In this document: piece after piece, positions 59,533 to 64,000 of the stretch | Position numbering within the stretch: position 1 is the first letter of the stretch | How the letters are laid out: each line of letters begins with the position of its first letter | Source of the DNA: Verrucomicrobiota bacterium | GTDB lineage: Bacteria; Verrucomicrobiota; Verrucomicrobiia; CAIQCK01 | Reading direction: 5' to 3' | DNA: 64,000 nt | Assembly: GCA_016222825.1 (NCBI GenBank) | Contig: JACRQF010000011.1 | Location: forward strand, 61,301 to 125,300 | The notes under the pieces: model-generated | Seen by the model: only the letters and a program-made list of their open reading frames with translations | The model's database searches: none | What the model was told of the DNA's origin: nothing | Made by a program: the position numbers and the translations under genes

Positions 59533-60564
59533 TCAGCGGCTGTTGGCATTCCTTCTCGCTCCGAAGTATTGCAGCGCCGTTACCACGCCCAGCACGCCCA
59601 GCGTCTGCGCTACCACCAGCGCCGCGACCCACGCCGGCGCCCACAACAACACCACCGCCCCAAAGCCCAACACCAACGTCAACGAATAGAGCACCATCAC
59701 CGCCGCCACCGGTGACAAGCCCAGCCGCACGAACCGGTGCGAAATGTGGCTCGTGTCGCCGATATACACCGGCGCGCCGCGGCGCCACCGCTGCCACATC
59801 ACCGCCACCAAGTCGAACAGCGGCAGCGCCAGCACGATCAGCGGAATGAGCACTGGCAGCAGCGTCGGACTCGGATCGCGGTGCTGGTAGTAGCTCGGCA
59901 GCAACGCCAATGCGCCCAGAAGAAAACCGGTCAAGTGGCTGCCGCCGTCACCCAGGAATATCTTCGCGCGCGGAAAATTCCACGGCAGGAAGCCGAGCAA
60001 CCCGCCCGCCGTCGCCGCCGCCAGCGTGGCCGCCAGCAACTGATCGTGCGCCATCGCGATGCCGCCGAAAATCAGCGCGCAAATCGCCCCGACGCCGGGA
60101 CAAAGACCGTCCATGTTATCCATGAAGTTCAGCGCGTTCATCACCGTCACCAGCCAGAGCACCGTCAACAACCATTGGATCGCTGGCACGGGAATAAACA
60201 GCGTCACGCGCAACCCGCCGGCAACCGCCACCAACGCGATCAAGAACTGCCCCGCAAGCTTCGGCCCCGCCTTCAGGTCGCGCCGGTCGTCCACCAAACC
60301 CAGCGCCAGCGCCAGCGCCGCGCCGCCAAGAATGCCCGCCAGATGCCGTCCGTCTTCTACCACTACAGCCGGTCCGGCTGCCAACACACCAACCACAACC
60401 GCAGCAAATACCGCCACGCCGCCCAGCAACGGCATCGGCTCAGCATGAATCTTCCGATGCCCCGGATCGTCAAGGAAACCGAACCGGCGCGACACGATCC
60501 GCGCCAGGGGTGTCAAAGCCAACGCCGCGACAGCCGCTATGATAAAACTCAACCACGGTTGCAT
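59533..60564 (-). CDS. MraY/WecA/TagO-family polyprenyl-phosphate sugar-1-phosphate transferase
   Basis: RKIH..PMPLLGG, GLVDD, NALNFMDNMDGL, FLGDGGS and HISHR. Confidence 0.93.
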   Translation of the reverse strand: MQPWLSFIIAAVAALALTPLARIVSRRFGFLDDPGHRKIHAEPMPLLGGVAVFAAVVVGVLAAGPAVVVEDGRHLAGILGGAALALALGLVDDRRDLKAGPKLAGQFLIALVAVAGGLRVTLFIPVPAIQWLLTVLWLVTVMNALNFMDNMDGLCPGVGAICALIFGGIAMAHDQLLAATLAAATAGGLLGFLPWNFPRAKIFLGDGGSHLTGFLLGALALLPSYYQHRDPSPTLLPVLIPLIVLALPLFDLVAVMWQRWRRGAPVYIGDTSHISHRFVRLGLSPVAAVMVLYSLTLVLGFGAVVLLWAPAWVAALVVAQTLGVLGVVTALQYFGARRNANSR

Positions 60565-61706
60565 GTTGGAATCAGTGAACGATACAACTCATCAAGACGG
60601 CGCACCATCGTTTCCACGCCAAACTCCTTCAACGCGCGCGCCTGTCCACAGCGGCCCATGCTGGATGCCAGTGCCGGGTCGCGCAACAACCGCCGCACCC
60701 GCTCCGTCAACGCCGCGCCATCTCCCGCCGGTATCAGGAAGCCGCTCTCGCCGTCAACAACAACTTCCGGCGTGCCGTCGAGCGGGTGTGCCACCACCGG
60801 TTTTCCGGCAGCGAGCGCCTGCACCACCGCGCGCGGCAACCCTTCGCGCAACGAGAGATGAACAAGCGCGTCCATGCTCGCCACCCATCGCGGGACTTCC
60901 GCCGGCGGCACCAAGCCCGCGAAGTGAACGCGCCCGCGCAAGCCCGGCTCCGCGGCCCACGCTTCCAGCTTCGCGCGCCACGGCCCGTCGCCGACGAGCA
61001 GGAACTTCGCCTCCGGCAATGCACGCGCCATCTCGAAGAAACTCTCCCATCCCTTCAGTTCAAACAACCGCGCCATCTGCCCGACTATCGGCCCGCCGCC
61101 AAGCCTGGCGCGAAACTCCACATCAGGCGTCGCGCGCGCAAACGCGTCCACGTCAAAGCCGCTTCGGATCGTGACGTAATCCTCCGCGCGCCCGATGCCG
61201 GCGTCCAGATAGAGCCGGCTCATCGCGTCGGCGACCGACACGAAGCGCGTCGTCACCCGCCCGGCGATCTGTTCGGCAAGTCGGAGCGCGGCGTTTGCCA
61301 TCGCGCCTTGAAACGGACCGAACGACGGCCCGTGGATCGTGTGGACAACGACCGGCACGCCAACGGCGCGCGCCGCGAGTCGTCCCAGGAAACCCGCCTT
61401 GCCGCTGTGCGTGTGGACAACGTCGTAACATCCCCGGCGCAACAACCGCGTCAGTTCAACAAACGCCCGCGCGTCGTGACTCGGATTGATCGAGCGGCGG
61501 AGCGCCTTCAGCCAGATCGGCTCCACGCCAGCCTGGCGTGCTTGCTCCAGCAACGAACCCTCCGCCCCCGCCTCCGCTCCGCTGATAAGGTCCACGCACT
61601 CATAGCCGGGCAGCCGTCGCAGGCCGACGACGCTGGCCAGGGTGTTTTCCTGCGCTCCACCAACAATCAACCGGGTGATGACATGACAAACGCGCATTTT
61701 TCGCAT
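60549..61706 (-). CDS. GT4-family glycosyltransferase
   Basis: VGGAQ, VHTHSGKAG, HTIHG and EGLPRAVVQALAAGKPVV. Confidence 0.93.
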   Translation of the reverse strand: MRKMRVCHVITRLIVGGAQENTLASVVGLRRLPGYECVDLISGAEAGAEGSLLEQARQAGVEPIWLKALRRSINPSHDARAFVELTRLLRRGCYDVVHTHSGKAGFLGRLAARAVGVPVVVHTIHGPSFGPFQGAMANAALRLAEQIAGRVTTRFVSVADAMSRLYLDAGIGRAEDYVTIRSGFDVDAFARATPDVEFRARLGGGPIVGQMARLFELKGWESFFEMARALPEAKFLLVGDGPWRAKLEAWAAEPGLRGRVHFAGLVPPAEVPRWVASMDALVHLSLREGLPRAVVQALAAGKPVVAHPLDGTPEVVVDGESGFLIPAGDGAALTERVRRLLRDPALASSMGRCGQARALKEFGVETMVRRLDELYRSLIPTCNRG

Positions 61707-61771
61707 GGTAGCCGGCCCCGCTGGTTTCGTATAGCAGGAACACGGGCCGCGGCTATACTCTGCCGCGCGCC

Positions 61772-62641
61772 ATGAAGATCATCTACTCGCCCGAATGCGC
61801 CGGCTACAGCTCCCCCGGCCATCCGGAGTCCCCCCGCCGCGCGCTCGGCTGCGCGGAGTTGCTCCGTCAGAATCCGCGGCACGAGTTCATCGCGCCGCAA
61901 CCTTGCGAGGAGGCGGACATCCTGCGAGTCCACACACCGCGGTTGTTGGAGCAGGTCCGCCGCGGCGAATCCCACGACCCCGACACGCCGGCCATCGCGG
62001 GCATCTTCGAGCACGCGCTGCGTTCCGCCGGGGCGGCAATCCAAGCCGCTATGCTGGCGTGGCGTGGCACACCGGCGTTTTCGCTGATGCGTCCGCCGGG
62101 TCATCACGCGTGCCGCGACCGCGTGATGGGCTTCTGTTACTTCAACAACGCCGCCATCGCACTGACACGGTTGCTCGCGGAGCGGGGTGGGCCGCGCCGC
62201 GTCGCGATCGTTGACTTCGACTGCCATCACTGCAACGGGACGGAGGAGATCTTCCTCGGCTCAAAGGAAGTGCTCTGCGTCTCGCTGCACCAAAGTCCAT
62301 GTTACCCTGGCACCGGCCTCCGTTCCGAAGACAACGCGCTGAACTTCCCACTGCCTCCCGAAACCGACGGCCCGCAATATCTGGAGGTCTTCGCGCGCGC
62401 GCTGGAAGCGGTGCGTAGTTTCGCGCCGGAGTTGGTTGTTGCGGAGGCCGGCTTCGACGCCTACAAACGCGATCCGATCACCGAGATGGGGCTGGAGATC
62501 GAGACCTTCGGCGAGATCGGACGGCAGTTGGCGGCGCTGCGGTTGCCGATGTTCGCGTTGCTGGAAGGCGGCTATTCGTCGCAGTTGCCCAAGTGCGTTG
62601 CCTCCTTCCTGGACGGCTGGGAACGCGCCGACGGCGTGTAA
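61772..62641 (+). CDS. Histone deacetylase family protein
   Basis: HPESP.R, RPPGHHA, GFCYFNN, DFDCHHCNGT, AGFDA..DP and LEGGY. Confidence 0.95.
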   Translation: MKIIYSPECAGYSSPGHPESPRRALGCAELLRQNPRHEFIAPQPCEEADILRVHTPRLLEQVRRGESHDPDTPAIAGIFEHALRSAGAAIQAAMLAWRGTPAFSLMRPPGHHACRDRVMGFCYFNNAAIALTRLLAERGGPRRVAIVDFDCHHCNGTEEIFLGSKEVLCVSLHQSPCYPGTGLRSEDNALNFPLPPETDGPQYLEVFARALEAVRSFAPELVVAEAGFDAYKRDPITEMGLEIETFGEIGRQLAALRLPMFALLEGGYSSQLPKCVASFLDGWERADGV

Positions 62642-62776
62642 GAAGCCGGTATTCAGTCAGTCACGCCGGCTAAACGATTGATGCTTTTTCGCGCCGGTCG
62701 TGGTAGGGTTTGTGCCGCAAAGGAGAGACATCGGAGTCGCTTTAACTGGATGCCCCAAACGTCAAAGGAGAACGGT

Positions 62777-63394
62777 ATGAAGAAATGGTTTGCTGTCACG
62801 ATCACGGCCCTCGTTTCAACTCTCGGCCTCGCCGCCAACGGCTGGGTCGCGGGTGAACTGAAGGAAGCCTCAACGCAACTCGACCAGCGGCAGTTCGCGC
62901 AGGCGTTTGAGATATGCCACAACCTGCTTCTCATCCATCGCGCCGCGCCGCTTGGCCGCGATGCAGCCGATGAGGCGAGGCTTCTTCTCGGCACGGCAGG
63001 CCGGAAGGTGAAGGCGGACAACCCGAAAGTGTTCAGCGACGAGTTCCTTGCCCGCGCCAAGCGCCTGAACTTCGTTCGGGCCGGTTGCGCGTGGATGCCG
63101 GCCGAAGCCAAGGCGCAATTGTCGGCTGATGCCGCTGCGAAACTGGATAAACAGGCGCAATCCAAGCTCTGCTCCCAGTGCAAAGGCGCCTGCGTCAGCG
63201 ACTGTCCCAACTGCCAGGGTGGGAAAGCCAGGTGCATCGCCTGCAACGGCACTGGACGCGCCACCGGCGGCGGGACGTTCGCGCGCACGACATGCCCGGT
63301 CTGCACCGGCAAAGGAAAAGCTGAATGCACGTTCTGCCGTGGTGGCGGTGTCGTGGCGTGTCCGAAGTGCGGCGGCGGCGGTCTCGGCGACTGA
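62777..63394 (+). CDS. Secreted protein with DnaJ-type CxxCxGxG zinc-finger repeats
   Basis: Signal peptide MKKWFAVTITALVSTLGLA, six CxxC(xGxG) motifs, AAGGAG RBS. Confidence 0.8.
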   Translation: MKKWFAVTITALVSTLGLAANGWVAGELKEASTQLDQRQFAQAFEICHNLLLIHRAAPLGRDAADEARLLLGTAGRKVKADNPKVFSDEFLARAKRLNFVRAGCAWMPAEAKAQLSADAAAKLDKQAQSKLCSQCKGACVSDCPNCQGGKARCIACNGTGRATGGGTFARTTCPVCTGKGKAECTFCRGGGVVACPKCGGGGLGD

Positions 63395-63722
63395 CAACGC
63401 GTTGCCGGCTTTACAAACCGAACGGCCCCAGTCTTTCGACTGAGGCCGTGGTGCGCCGCCGGGGGGAAGCGGCGCGCAGACCGGCGGGGAGCCGGCCCGC
63501 TTAAAGTGTCTCCTAAAGAACCCGGTTGCCTTCTCCCAGCAACCGGCGCGGATTCTAGCCCTTCGCCCAAATCTGTCAAGTTTTGAAACAGGTATTTGGG
63601 GAGTCGCGGATTCCTCGGATTGCGGCAGCCAGCCACGTTCTCAACCGTGATTTTCTGTTTGACGCTCCGAAACATCGGCGTAGGCTGCGCGGCGCTGGGT
63701 CTGAATCTCTGTCCTGACAACC

Positions 63723-64000
63723 ATGAAAACTGCTCATCTTCTCCTTGTCGCTCTGCTCGCCGGTTTCGCCGCTCATGCCCCCGGCCAGACGCCGCCCAAA
63801 CTGTCGCCGCAGTCGGTTGCAGTCCTGCGCGGCGTGGCGCAGGAAGCCGAGCGCAATTGCGTCACCTTCTATGACAAGCTTCGCTGGGTCCAGATGCGCA
63901 CCGCGGACCAGAGCAAGGCGTTGGGCGCGGCGCTCCGTCTACGCGACGCGGCCAGGAAGTTCGCTGGCGCGACGACCTCCGAGCGATGGCCGCGGCCGGA
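63723..64000 (+). CDS. Secreted hypothetical protein (partial, runs off window end)
   Basis: MKTAHLLLVALLAGFAAHA signal peptide, open to the window end. Upstream TTGACG-N16-TAGGCT. Confidence 0.7.
   Translation, partial: MKTAHLLLVALLAGFAAHAPGQTPPKLSPQSVAVLRGVAQEAERNCVTFYDKLRWVQMRTADQSKALGAALRLRDAARKFAGATTSERWPRP

Noticed and set aside
63501-63515. TTAAAGTGTCTCCTA as another regulon box
   Set aside because: Left half-site is poor and no -35/-10 lies at the standard offset.

Overview
GC-rich bacterial chromosomal segment; gene content and REP families suggest Verrucomicrobiota/PVC (inference). 1-25 kb is a translationally coupled carbohydrate-utilisation island: large secreted glycoside-hydrolase-like proteins, an FAD oxidoreductase fusion, AraC, a HEAT-repeat protein, two Tat-exported Gfo/Idh/MocA oxidoreductases, gluconolactonase and a Na+/solute symporter. 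26-64 kb holds glgA-galT, bfr, GH57, lepA-lepB, a phosphohexomutase, rpe, ilvB, kaiC-kaiB-kaiB-PAS, a class V aminotransferase, a NarL/FixJ-family regulator, a hemerythrin-like protein, glycosyltransferases and an HDAC-family protein. The most striking unannotated signal is a palindromic TAGG-N7-CCTA box found at about a dozen promoters, in ten cases 47-49 nt upstream of a -10-like hexamer. It links five paralogous small proteins with invariant C-x12-C-x7-C-x11-C-x-H spacing, bacterioferritin, hemerythrin, the kaiC cluster and the NarL-type regulator itself, so it looks like a candidate undescribed regulon. Other signals: a dif-like site near 36.0 kb, a REP-bounded orphan gene beside a divergent 21-bp-periodic DNA array, and twin promoter-plus-hairpin candidate sRNAs near 44.1 kb. 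No rRNA, tRNA, CRISPR array or transposase was recognised. All calls are by eye, without database searches.
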